From an uncultured Acidiferrobacteraceae bacterium (GTDB lineage: Bacteria; Pseudomonadota; Gammaproteobacteria; Acidiferrobacterales; Sulfurifustaceae), in contig CAZVUN010000001.1 in NCBI GenBank assembly GCA_964629975.1, positions 10,846-74,845 on the forward strand: 64,000 nt of DNA. The letters run 5' to 3'. The notes under the pieces were generated by a model. The model was not told the origin of the DNA. It saw nothing but the letters and a program-made list of their open reading frames with translations, and searched no databases. This document shows, in pieces, positions 54,698-63,635 of the stretch. Position 1 is the first letter of the stretch. Each line of letters starts with the position of its first letter. The position numbers were made by a program, and so were the translations under genes.

Positions 54698-56056
54698 TTA
54701 CTGCACCACCAGATTGGTCGGCGCGCGCGGGCGTGCGCGCGCGGGTGCGCCCTTGAAACCGGCGACGATCTTCCAGCCCGGGTTGTCCGCCCGCCCCTCG
54801 GCTTCATAGGCGCCGACGTCGTAGGGGCCGGTGCGCGCGCTGCCGTTGAAGTCGAGCGGCGCGGCGTATGCGCCGTCGGCCTGGCCGAGAAGCGCTGAGG
54901 TTGCGGTCGGCCAGTAGTTCATGGCGGCACTGTCCTGGAAGGTGGCGGCGAGCGTGCCGCCGGCGCGCAGCGCGCTGCCGTCGAGCGTGACGCCGGACAG
55001 CGCGCCGCTCACGTAGTTGGCGCGCAGCGTCGCGCCACTCAGACCGCTCGCGTTGATCGCGCTCGCGCCGGGGCAGTAGACGGCGTTGTTGGCGAGTACC
55101 ATGTCGGTCGCGCCCGACCAGCGGATATAGAGGCACTCGCCGTGGCCGACGATGGTGTTGTGAGCGATCGTGACGTTGCGCATCTGTGCAACCTGGGCGT
55201 GCGGCGCGGCGGTGATGCCGACATCGGAATTGAGGATGATGTTGTTGCGCACCACGGCGTCGGCCACGACCTGGATCGCCTCGCCGCAGCTCCACATCAC
55301 ATTGCCCTCGACCGTGTTGACGCTCGCGCCCCCGCCATAGACGAAGATGCACGGATAGCGCCGGCCGAGGGTGGTGTCGTGGATCACGTTGTCGCGCACC
55401 ACGTTGCCGTAGGAGCCGGCCTTGATCTCGATGCCGTCGTTGCCGCCGTCGCTCGTGCCGCGCAGGTGATGGATGTAGTTGCCCTCGATGACGCTGTTCG
55501 TCATGCGGCAGGAATCGTTATTGCAGCCGAGGTACATGCCCTCGCCCTCGGTGGCGCCGGAGGTATCGAGGCCGGTGTGGTGGATGTGGTTGCGGCGGAT
55601 GAGGAAGGCGTCGGTATTGCCGCTGTTGAGCGTGATGGCGTTGTTGCCGGTGTCGAAGACCTCGTTGTCCTCGAAGGTGATGTGGTGCCCGCCGATGAAG
55701 CGCACGCCCGAGCTGCCGCCCTGCAAGCGCAGGCCGCGGATGACCAGATAAGAGGAATTGACGATCTCGATGTTGTTCTGCGCGTAGTCCGGGCGCGTGA
55801 GCAGCGGCGACTCGCCCGCGGCGGCGCGGATGACGATGGGCTGGGTGGCGGTGCCGTTGGCGGTGATCGCGCGCCGCCCGGTCTGCGAGTAGGTTCCGCC
55901 GTGCAGCACCAGTTCGTCGCCGGGCTGCAGGGTGTTCGCGACGCTCTCGAACTCCTCGCTGCTGGCGGCGATGGCGGGGCGGATCTCGATCACCGCCGCC
56001 TCGGCGGCGCCGGCCAGGGCGAGTGTCGCCCCGATGCATAGGATGCGCGCGTTCAT
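54698..56056 (-). CDS. secreted right-handed parallel beta-helix repeat protein (polysaccharide lyase/epimerase-like)
   Basis: Signal peptide MNARILCIGATLALAGAAEA and repeated NxxI/V...N beta-helix turns (NNAITL, IRRNHIHH, IEGNYIHH, VRDNVIHD, VRNNIILN, IAHNTIVG). The tool ORF extension to 57013 is rejected. Confidence 0.75.
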   Translation of the reverse strand: MNARILCIGATLALAGAAEAAVIEIRPAIAASSEEFESVANTLQPGDELVLHGGTYSQTGRRAITANGTATQPIVIRAAAGESPLLTRPDYAQNNIEIVNSSYLVIRGLRLQGGSSGVRFIGGHHITFEDNEVFDTGNNAITLNSGNTDAFLIRRNHIHHTGLDTSGATEGEGMYLGCNNDSCRMTNSVIEGNYIHHLRGTSDGGNDGIEIKAGSYGNVVRDNVIHDTTLGRRYPCIFVYGGGASVNTVEGNVMWSCGEAIQVVADAVVRNNIILNSDVGITAAPHAQVAQMRNVTIAHNTIVGHGECLYIRWSGATDMVLANNAVYCPGASAINASGLSGATLRANYVSGALSGVTLDGSALRAGGTLAATFQDSAAMNYWPTATSALLGQADGAYAAPLDFNGSARTGPYDVGAYEAEGRADNPGWKIVAGFKGAPARARPRAPTNLVVQ

Positions 56057-56085
56057 GCCTGCCTCGCTTGCCTGCCGCCGGACGC

Positions 56086-56718
56086 TCAGGGGACGGTCTT
56101 GCTGCCGAGATTGGAGAAGTCGCTTTCCGCGCCGCTCGTGACGGCCGCGGTCACGGCGAAGTGATGCGTGCCCGGCGGCAGGTTGTTGACGGTATATGTG
56201 AGCTCGTTGGCGCCCACGCTGGCGATGCGCTGCAGACTCTGGGGCGAGGTCCCGTGATAGATGTTGAAGCCGGCGAGATCGGTGAGCGGCGAGTCGTCCT
56301 CGTTGGTCGTCGGCGCCACCCACGACAGGGTCGCGCTGCCGCTGCCCGCGGCCAGCACCGTCACCGTGACCGAGTGGCTCGTGCTGCCGCCGGCGCCGCT
56401 GCACGCGAGGGTGAAGGTACTGGTGGCGCTGAGCGCACCGCTGCTCTGCGTGCCGGCGGTCGCCTTGCTCCCGGACCAGGCGCCACTGGCGGCGCACGCC
56501 GTGGCGTTGGTCGACGACCACGTCAGGGTCGCGGACGCACCGTGCACGACCGACATGGGGTTGGCCGCCAGTTCGACGGTGGGCGCGGGTGTGCCGGGCG
56601 CGCTGCCGCCGCTCGGCGTTGCGTTGCTGCACCCGCCCGCCGCAAGAATGAGCAACGCACCAAGCGCACTCGGCGTCAGCGCCGTCCGCCGTTCGGCCTT
56701 GCCAAGGCTTTGCTGCAT
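56086..56718 (-). CDS. lipoprotein with Ig-like and fibronectin type III-like domains
   Basis: Lipobox LAAGGC. LTWSSTNATAC...FTLAC is an Ig-like module. SATLSWVAPTTNEDDSPLTDLAGFNIYHG is FN3-like. Confidence 0.6.
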   Translation of the reverse strand: MQQSLGKAERRTALTPSALGALLILAAGGCSNATPSGGSAPGTPAPTVELAANPMSVVHGASATLTWSSTNATACAASGAWSGSKATAGTQSSGALSATSTFTLACSGAGGSTSHSVTVTVLAAGSGSATLSWVAPTTNEDDSPLTDLAGFNIYHGTSPQSLQRIASVGANELTYTVNNLPPGTHHFAVTAAVTSGAESDFSNLGSKTVP

Positions 56719-57031
56719 ACCGTCCCCGGAAGACTCGTGCCCGCCTGTCCGCTCGCCGTCGCCGCTGCCCGACGCCGAAGAGGCGGGCGTGGCGACACAC
56801 TTTGTCTGCCCGGGCGCGCGGCTGTCCAGGGCTGCGGGCGGCGTCGCGGATCAATGCACGAAGATCGCAGACGAGCGGTCGCCGTTGCGGGCCGCGGCCG
56901 CTACGGGCCAGGAGCGGCGGCGCGCATGCGGGCATGTCTCTAAGGTAGGCGGAGAAATGGACCGCGGCCCCGTGGCCGGGCGGCGCCAGGCATCGAAGCG
57001 CGGCCGCTGCCATGCGCTATGATGGCGCAGC

Positions 57032-58267
57032 ATGTCCGTCCCCGCCTCCATTGGCATGGCGTTTCCTGCGGCGCTGCGGCGCGCGGCCGGCGTCTTGGCG
57101 GTGGTGCAGTTGCTGTTCTTCACCACCTGGATCGTCTACGTCGTGTATCTCGGCGGTTTGCTTGATAAGGTCGGGCTGGGGCGCGCGTTCCTGCCCGCGA
57201 TCATCCTCGCCGACCAGGTCCTGTTCGCGTTCGCCGATGTCGCCATGGGCGCGTGGGCCGATCGCATCGAGCGCAATCTGCGTCGGCTCGCACCCTTTGT
57301 GGTCGGCGTGAACCTGGTGTCGTGCGTGCTGTTCGTGACGCTGCCGTGGCTGGCGGGCGCGGGCACGCCCGGCCAGGTGCCGCTGCTCCTCGCCATCGGA
57401 TTGTGGGTGGTGACCGCGTCGGTGTTGCGCGCACCGGCGTTCGCGCTGCTGGCGAAGCATGCGGCACGCCCGGCGCTGCCGTGGCTCGGGGCGCTCAACC
57501 TGTGCGGGCTCGCCGTCGGCGGGGCACTCGCGCCCTATCTCGGATTGGCGCTCGCGGGTGTCGACCCGCGCCTGCCGTTCCTGCTCGCCGGGCTCGCGCT
57601 CGCGGCCGCCGGGCTCGCCCTCGGCTGGGCGCAGCGGGTGCGCGAACGCGCGGGTGCGTCGATCCCGGAGGCGCCCGCCACCCGACCGCGCCCCGAGCGG
57701 CTGCCGCTGCTGCTGCTCGCGAGCCTCGCGCTCGCCGGCGGCTTCCAGCTGCACTTGTTCCTCAATTCCCCCGCCCTCTACCAGCAGTTCGCGCCGAGCA
57801 ACCAGCTCGTGTGGCTGTTGCCGGTGTTCTGGGTCGGCGCGAGCCTGCTGACCTTCCCGGCCGCGCTCGCGGCGCAGCGCTACGGCGCCGACGCATTGCT
57901 TGCGCTCAGCGCCGCGACCGGCGTCGCGGCCATGGCCGCGTGCGCGCTGGCGCCGAACCTGGCGGTACTCGTGGCGGCGCAGTTCCTGGCCGGCGGTGCG
58001 TGGGGCGCGTTCTTTCAGGCCGGCCTCGCGGCTGCGTCGGGCTGGGGCGCGCGCGGCAGGGAAGGTCTGTTTCTCGGTTTGTGGTTTGCGATGCTGTCGC
58101 TCGCCACGCTCGCGCGTGCCGCACTCAGCGTCGCCGGCCTGAAGTACAGCGGCGCCGCCAGCACCGGCATCGTGGTCGCGCTGTGGGCGGCGGGCGCGCT
58201 GCTTGCGCTGCTGTTGTGGCGCCAGCTCCGGCGTGCGCCCGACACCGCGGACACGGTACGCGCGTGA
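57032..58267 (+). CDS. MFS-type membrane transporter
   Basis: About 12 hydrophobic segments in two halves; 411 aa. Confidence 0.75.
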   Translation: MSVPASIGMAFPAALRRAAGVLAVVQLLFFTTWIVYVVYLGGLLDKVGLGRAFLPAIILADQVLFAFADVAMGAWADRIERNLRRLAPFVVGVNLVSCVLFVTLPWLAGAGTPGQVPLLLAIGLWVVTASVLRAPAFALLAKHAARPALPWLGALNLCGLAVGGALAPYLGLALAGVDPRLPFLLAGLALAAAGLALGWAQRVRERAGASIPEAPATRPRPERLPLLLLASLALAGGFQLHLFLNSPALYQQFAPSNQLVWLLPVFWVGASLLTFPAALAAQRYGADALLALSAATGVAAMAACALAPNLAVLVAAQFLAGGAWGAFFQAGLAAASGWGARGREGLFLGLWFAMLSLATLARAALSVAGLKYSGAASTGIVVALWAAGALLALLLWRQLRRAPDTADTVRA

Positions 58268-58821
58268 TGCTGCGCAACACGGCCCAAAGTTACGGCGTGT
58301 TGGCCCGCGCCCTGCACTGGCTCATGGCGCTGCTCATCTTCGCGCTGCTCGGGCTCGGCCTGTACATGACCGGCCTGCCGGACGGCGATCCGAAGTGGGG
58401 CTGGTATGACCTGCACAAGTCGCTCGGCGTCGTGGTGTTTGCCTTGCTGCTCGTGCGCCTCCTGTGGCGCCGGATGTCACCGCCACCGCCGCTGCCCGCG
58501 ACACTTCACCCCCATGAGCAGTTGCTGGCGCACGCCGGGCACGCGCTCATCTACGTGGCGATACTGCTGCTGCCGCTAACCGGCTACCTCGATTCGGCGT
58601 GGGGCGGGTTCCACCTGTCGTTGTTCGGGTGGTTCGACATCCCGCTCGCCTTCGGTAAGGACCAGGCGAAGTTCGAGATCACAGTGGCGGTGCACCGCTG
58701 GACCGCCTACACGCTGATGGCGCTGCTCGGCGCGCACATCGCCGCCGCCCTCAAGCATCACTTCCTCGACCGCGACGATGTCCTGCGGCGCATGACCGTG
58801 GATGACGCCCGTCGGGCGTAG
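58267..58821 (+). CDS. cytochrome b561 family protein (second copy)
   Basis: ALHWLMA, LHKSLG, LLPLTGY and ALKHHFLDRDDVLRRM. The ATG overlaps the MFS stop (TGATG). Confidence 0.85.
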   Translation: MLRNTAQSYGVLARALHWLMALLIFALLGLGLYMTGLPDGDPKWGWYDLHKSLGVVVFALLLVRLLWRRMSPPPPLPATLHPHEQLLAHAGHALIYVAILLLPLTGYLDSAWGGFHLSLFGWFDIPLAFGKDQAKFEITVAVHRWTAYTLMALLGAHIAAALKHHFLDRDDVLRRMTVDDARRA

Positions 58822-58880
58822 CCCCGTGATCGCGCGGCCCGGCTGCCGTGCGCATTGATCGGGGCGTGTCCCCGCTTTGA

Positions 58881-59124
58881 TTAATGACCCAGCACCAGGT
58901 ATGCGGCTGGGGTGTGAGCAGGGTGTCAGGCTGGTCGAGCGCATTGGCCCGGTAACTCGACCAGCGGTATTTCGAGGCATGGATGTCGCCCGCAGGCGTC
59001 GGTCAGCCCTTCTCGCAACCGGCCATGGTCCTCATCGGTAACAAAGATCGGGCAACGGTTGTTGCCGCGCGGGATGACATGCTTAGGGATAACCGGGCAG
59101 GAGGTGGCAGGGCAGGTGGGGCAT
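58881..59124 (-). pseudogene. decayed REP-associated tyrosine transposase (IS200/RAYT-like) remnant
   Basis: Minus-strand fragments lie in different frames: MPHLPCHLLPGYP, KHVIPRGNNRCPIFVTDEDHGRL, DIHA directly joined to KYRWSSYRANAL...LLTPQP, then YLVLGH-stop. The HUH/catalytic Tyr core between IHA and YRWSSY is missing. Confidence 0.55.
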
Positions 59125-59319
59125 CACCACCGGGCTCACCATTTTGATGAGCTTGGCGATGCCGCGCCACGGCTGTTCGAGCGGGACTTCGCTGCCTTGA
59201 AGACACTCGCCGCCGGCGTCAAGGAAGCGGATGAATGGGTCAAAGCCCTTCACAGGATGGGCGCATGGTCCGTTACCGTCCGCCGCGCCCGCCCTCAGCC
59301 GGCTGCTGCTGTCGCACGC

Positions 59320-60126
59320 CTAATCGTCGGCGCTGCTGGCTGGCGCAGCGCCGCGCGCGGTGCGGTGAAAACCGCGCTTCGAGGCCAGGAGGAAATCGGC
59401 GAGCTGCTGCGTGTGCGGGGTGCCGAGCGCGCGCAGGTCCGCCGCAATCTCGGCGGGCGGCCGGTGGGCATCGAACAACACGTGAAAGGCGCGCTTGAGC
59501 GCGGCGCGCTCCGCGCCGCTCAGCCCCGCGCGCCGCAGCCCGACCGTGTTGAGGCCCCGCACCACGGCGGGCACGCCATCGGTGATCATGAACGGCAGCG
59601 CATCCTGCGTGATCTTGCTGTTGCCGCCGATCATCGCGAGGCTGCCGATGCGCACGAACTGGTGCACCATCACGCCGCCGGAGAGGAAGGCGCGGCTCGC
59701 GACTCGCACGTGCCCGCCCAGGCCGCTCGCAGGCGCGATCACGATGTCGTCAGCGAGCTGGCAGTCGTGCCCGACGTGCACGCTCACCATCAGGTAGTTG
59801 TTGTTGCCGAGGCGCGTCTCGCCTTCCTTGCTGCCGCGGTTGATGGTGACGAACTCGCGCAGCGTGTTGCCGTTGCCGAGCACCGCCCAGGTTTCCTTAT
59901 CGCGAAAGCCCTTGTCCTGCGGCAGGCCGCCGAACACCACGTGCTCGTGCAGCATATTGTCGTCTCCGATGCGGCTGCGCGCCTTGATGACACTGTGCGC
60001 GCCGATGCGGTTGTTGTTGCCGATCACGACGTCGTCTTCGATGACCGCAAACGGCCCGATGACGTTGCCGTCGCCGAGGCGCGCGTGCGGCGACACCGCG
60101 GCCGTGGGATGGATGGTGTTGCTCAT
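59320..60126 (-). CDS. lpxA: LpxA-family acyl-ACP:UDP-GlcNAc O-acyltransferase paralogue (outside an lpx cluster)
   Basis: Left-handed beta-helix hexapeptide repeats, HVGHDC catalytic His context, and a C-terminal helical domain (GLRRAGLS...LKRAF). Colinear with E. coli LpxA as recalled. Confidence 0.8.
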   Translation of the reverse strand: MSNTIHPTAAVSPHARLGDGNVIGPFAVIEDDVVIGNNNRIGAHSVIKARSRIGDDNMLHEHVVFGGLPQDKGFRDKETWAVLGNGNTLREFVTINRGSKEGETRLGNNNYLMVSVHVGHDCQLADDIVIAPASGLGGHVRVASRAFLSGGVMVHQFVRIGSLAMIGGNSKITQDALPFMITDGVPAVVRGLNTVGLRRAGLSGAERAALKRAFHVLFDAHRPPAEIAADLRALGTPHTQQLADFLLASKRGFHRTARGAAPASSADD

Positions 60127-60169
60127 GCGCTCTGTGTCGTGTCGTTGTCGCGTGGCCGGTCGCGGCGTG

Positions 60170-61078
60170 CTACCGGCAGCGGTCGCGCGACTGCGGCGCG
60201 CACACCCGTCCGTCGATCCAGATCGCCTTGTCGAGCTGCGCGCCGGCGAGGCGCGCGCCATCGAGCCGCGCACCGCGCAGGTCAGCATAGCGCAGATCGG
60301 CGCCACTGAGATCGGCGGTGGCGAGCTGCGCGTCGCGCAGCACCGCGCCACGCAGGCTGGCGCCGGCCAGCACGGCCTGATCGAGGCGCGCCGCGCCCAG
60401 GTCGGCGTAGCTCAGGTCAGCGGCGCGCAGATCCGCGCGGCGCAGGTCGGCGCCGGTCAGGCGCGCGTTGTTGGCGATGGCGCGCTCGAGGCGCGCGCCG
60501 GCGAGCACGGCGCCGGCGTGATCGCAGTGGTTCCAGTTGACGCGCGGCGCGGGCGGCGCCGCGCAGTCGCGTGTCGACTCGAGCGCGAAGTCCGAGCCGT
60601 ACCATACCGCCACGCCGATCAGTGCCAGCATCACCCCCGCACCGAGGGCGAGCGTCTTGCGCCGGCTCGGCAGCTCCAGGCGCACCAGCAGGGAATCGCG
60701 CGAGCGCACGCGCTGGGCGCGATGCGCGAGCTGCTCGATCGGCTCGCGCTGGCGGCGCTCGCCGCGGCGCAGCTCGCGGATCGCCTCCGACACCGGGCGG
60801 CCGGTGCGCCGGTCGGTGAGGCGCTCGTCGGCATGCAGGCGCGCGAGCTCCAGACGCCGTTGATTCTCCGGCGTCGGCGGGCTGCGCAGCACCTCGGGCA
60901 CGAGCTGCGGCACCTGCGCCAGTGGCGCCCAGGTCGCGCGATCGTGGCTCACCTCGTCGCTCGGGCGCAGCCGCCCGAGCAGCAGGTAGTCGGAGATCAC
61001 GCGGCTCGGGAACGGTCCGCGCACGGTGTCGCCGCGGCGCGTGAACCAGAGCTCATAGTGGCCAGGCTTGTCAGTCAC
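60170..61078 (-). CDS. GYF_2-domain / single-TM / pentapeptide-repeat protein
   Basis: N-terminal YELWFTRRGDTVRGPFPSRVISDYLLLGRL...TWAPLAQVPQL, one TM (LALGAGVMLALIGVAVW), and C-terminal A(D/N)LxxADL pentapeptide repeats. Confidence 0.8.
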   Translation of the reverse strand: MTDKPGHYELWFTRRGDTVRGPFPSRVISDYLLLGRLRPSDEVSHDRATWAPLAQVPQLVPEVLRSPPTPENQRRLELARLHADERLTDRRTGRPVSEAIRELRRGERRQREPIEQLAHRAQRVRSRDSLLVRLELPSRRKTLALGAGVMLALIGVAVWYGSDFALESTRDCAAPPAPRVNWNHCDHAGAVLAGARLERAIANNARLTGADLRRADLRAADLSYADLGAARLDQAVLAGASLRGAVLRDAQLATADLSGADLRYADLRGARLDGARLAGAQLDKAIWIDGRVCAPQSRDRCR

Positions 61079-61204
61079 TGCCCGAATTCCCGCACGTTGC
61101 CAGTGTTCACAGCATAGTACGGCCGGCGCCGCGCTGGGCGCGTGCGCCGGCGCGCCCTAGAATAGGCGTACACCCCAGCCGTGCGCCGTCATTCCGTCAC
61201 CCCG

Positions 61205-62083
61205 ATGCGCCTTGCCACTGTTCGCCTCGATCAACGACCGCACCTCGCACTGGTCGCGGACGATGCGCTGTACCTGCCGGCTGCTGACAGCGGCTGGCCC
61301 GAGTCGATGCTGGGGATGATCGAGGCCGGCCCCGCGGTATGGCGGCGGTATGCCGACGCGCAGGGGCGACTCGCGCAGGGCGCGCGGCGCCTGGCACACG
61401 ACGCCGTCGAATGGCTCGCGCCGATTCCGCGCCCGCGCAAGAACATCATGTGCCTCGGCTGGAACTACGCCGCGCATGTCGCCGAGAGCGCGCAGGCGAG
61501 CGGCCGCCAGGCCGAGGCGCCCACCGACCCGATCGTGTTCACCAAGGCGGTCACCAGCGTCACCGGCCCGTTCGCCGATGTGCCGGCGCAGCCGCAGGTG
61601 ACGCAGCAGCTCGACTGGGAGGTCGAGCTCGGCGTGATCATCGGCGTCGGCGGACGCGGCATCGCACGCCGCCACGCGCTCGAGCACGTGTTCGGCTACA
61701 CCGTGATCAACGACCTGTCGGCGCGCGACCTGCAGTTCCGCCACAAGCAGTTCTTTCTCGGCAAGAGCCTGGATGGCAGCTGCCCGATGGGCCCGGTGAT
61801 CGTCACGCGCGAGGAGATCCCGGACCCGCAGAATCTGCGGCTGCGCGCGCGCGTCAACGGCGTGCTCAAGCAGGATGACAACACCCGCCACATGGTGTTC
61901 GACGTGGCCACGATCGTGAGCGTGCTGTCGGCCGGCATGACACTCGAACCCGGCGACATCATCGCCACCGGCACGCCGAGCGGTGTCGGCTTCGCGCGCA
62001 CCCCGCCCGAGTTCCTGCGCGCCGGTGACGTGGTCGAGTGCGAGATCGCGGGCATCGGTGGGCTGCGCAACCGCATCGTCTGA
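61205..62083 (+). CDS. fumarylacetoacetate hydrolase family protein
   Basis: KNIMCLGWNY, DWEVELGVIIG, INDLSARD and GDIIATGTPSGVG motifs. Confidence 0.9.
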   Translation: MRLATVRLDQRPHLALVADDALYLPAADSGWPESMLGMIEAGPAVWRRYADAQGRLAQGARRLAHDAVEWLAPIPRPRKNIMCLGWNYAAHVAESAQASGRQAEAPTDPIVFTKAVTSVTGPFADVPAQPQVTQQLDWEVELGVIIGVGGRGIARRHALEHVFGYTVINDLSARDLQFRHKQFFLGKSLDGSCPMGPVIVTREEIPDPQNLRLRARVNGVLKQDDNTRHMVFDVATIVSVLSAGMTLEPGDIIATGTPSGVGFARTPPEFLRAGDVVECEIAGIGGLRNRIV

Positions 62084-62102
62084 GGGCGCGGCCGCCCGTT
62101 GC

Positions 62103-63527
62103 GTGCTGGTGTTCGGCGCGAGCGGCTACATCGGCTCGCACCTGGTGCCGCGCCTGGTGGCGCACGGCGTGCGCGTGCGTGCCGCCGCGCGCAACCGCGC
62201 GCTGCTCGAGGCGCGCGGCTGGCGTGACGTGGAGCTCGTCGCCGCCGATGCGCTCAAACCGGACACGCTGCCGGCGGCCCTTGCCGGCATCGACGTGGCC
62301 TATTACCTGGTGCATTCGATGGCCGCGGGGCGCGCCTTTGGCCGGCTCGACATCGAGGCGGCGGACAATTTCGCGCGCGCCGCGCAGGCCGCCGGGGTAC
62401 GGCGCATCGTCTACCTCGGGGGCATTGCCCCGTCCGACGCGCGCTCCGAGCACCTGACCTCGCGCGTCGGCACGGGCGAGCGCTTGCGCCGCGGCGGCGT
62501 GCCGGTCACGGAGATTCGCGCCGGCATCATCGTCGGGCCGGGCTCGGCGGCGTTCGAGGTGATGCGCGATCTCGTCTACCACCTGCCGCTCATGGTCACG
62601 CCGCGCTGGGTGCGTTCCAAGTCCCCGCCGATCGCGCTCGACAACCTGCTCGAGTACCTGGTGCGGGTGCCGGAGATCGCGGCCACCGCCGGTCAGACCT
62701 ATGACGCGGCCGGGCCGGAGCTGCTGTCGTACGAGGAAATGATGCTGCAGCTCGGCGAGTTCATCGGGCGACGTCCACGCATCATCCCGGTGCCGGTCCT
62801 GACGCCGAGGCTGTCGTCGTACTAGTTGCGACTCATCACCGCGGTGCCGACCAACATTGCGCGCGCCCTGATCGAAGGGCTGCGGCACGACATCGTGGCC
62901 GATGATCGGGCGCTGCGCGCGCTCGTTCCGCAGAAGCTGCTGACCTTTCGCGAGGCGGTGCAGGCCGCGTTCGACGCCGAGCGGCGCCACGCCGTGGTAT
63001 CGCGCTGGGTGGAGGGCGTGTTCATGCTGCGCGACTACAATCCGGCCTACGCCTTCTACGCCAGGAAGGCGAGCGGCAGCGCCGTGACGCGCGCCGCGCC
63101 AGCGGCGGTGTGGGCGCAGGTTGCCGCGATCGGCGGCGCCAACCGCTACTACTACGCCAACTGGCTGTGGTGGCTGCGCGAGGCGATCGACTGGCTGGTG
63201 GGCGGCGCCGGGCGAAGTCACGGACGGCGCGACCCGCAGACGGTGCGCGTCGGCGACGTGATCGATTCCTGGCGCGTGATCGGCGTGGAGCCGCAGCGGC
63301 GGCTGACCCTGCAATTCGGCATGAAGGCGCCAGGCGCCGGGGTGTTCGAGTTCGAGATCAGTCCGCAGGCGAGCGGCTTGACGCGCGTGACCGCCACCGC
63401 CTACTGGCATCCGGCCGGCATCTGGGGGCTGCTCTACTGGTACGCCATGATGCCGGCGCATCGGTTCGTGTTCCGCGGCCTGGCCCGCGCCATCTGCCGG
63501 CGCGCCGAGGCGGCGGCAGCGCGGTAG
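62103..63527 (+). pseudogene. NAD(P)-binding (atypical SDR) plus DUF2867 fusion gene interrupted by an in-frame TAG
   Basis: VLVFGASGYIGSHLV Rossmann N-terminus. The reading frame is continuous through TAG 62823-62825 (..TPRLSSY*LRLITAVPTNIARALIEGL..) into a DUF2867-like C-terminal half. The start codon is uncertain (GTG 62103). Confidence 0.65.
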
Positions 63528-63635
63528 GCGCGCGGCCGGACGGCCTTCGGCCGGCCCCGGAGGGCGCGCTTGATGCCGGTCAATGCGCGCCGCCGGCGAT
63601 GCGCGCAGGGTGGCGGGGACTGCCGGAGCCCACCC

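Noticed and set aside
56057-57013. N-terminal 318-aa extension of the beta-helix ORF (tool ORF 54698..57013)
   Set aside because: The extension overlaps the lipoprotein gene in another frame and is Arg-rich. A clean signal peptide begins at ATG 56056, so the shorter gene is preferred.
57253-58266. Upstream part of the 522-aa ORF 57253..58821
   Set aside because: It overlaps the MFS gene out of frame with Arg/Ala-rich sequence. Only the C-terminal cytochrome b561 portion, from ATG 58267, is credible.
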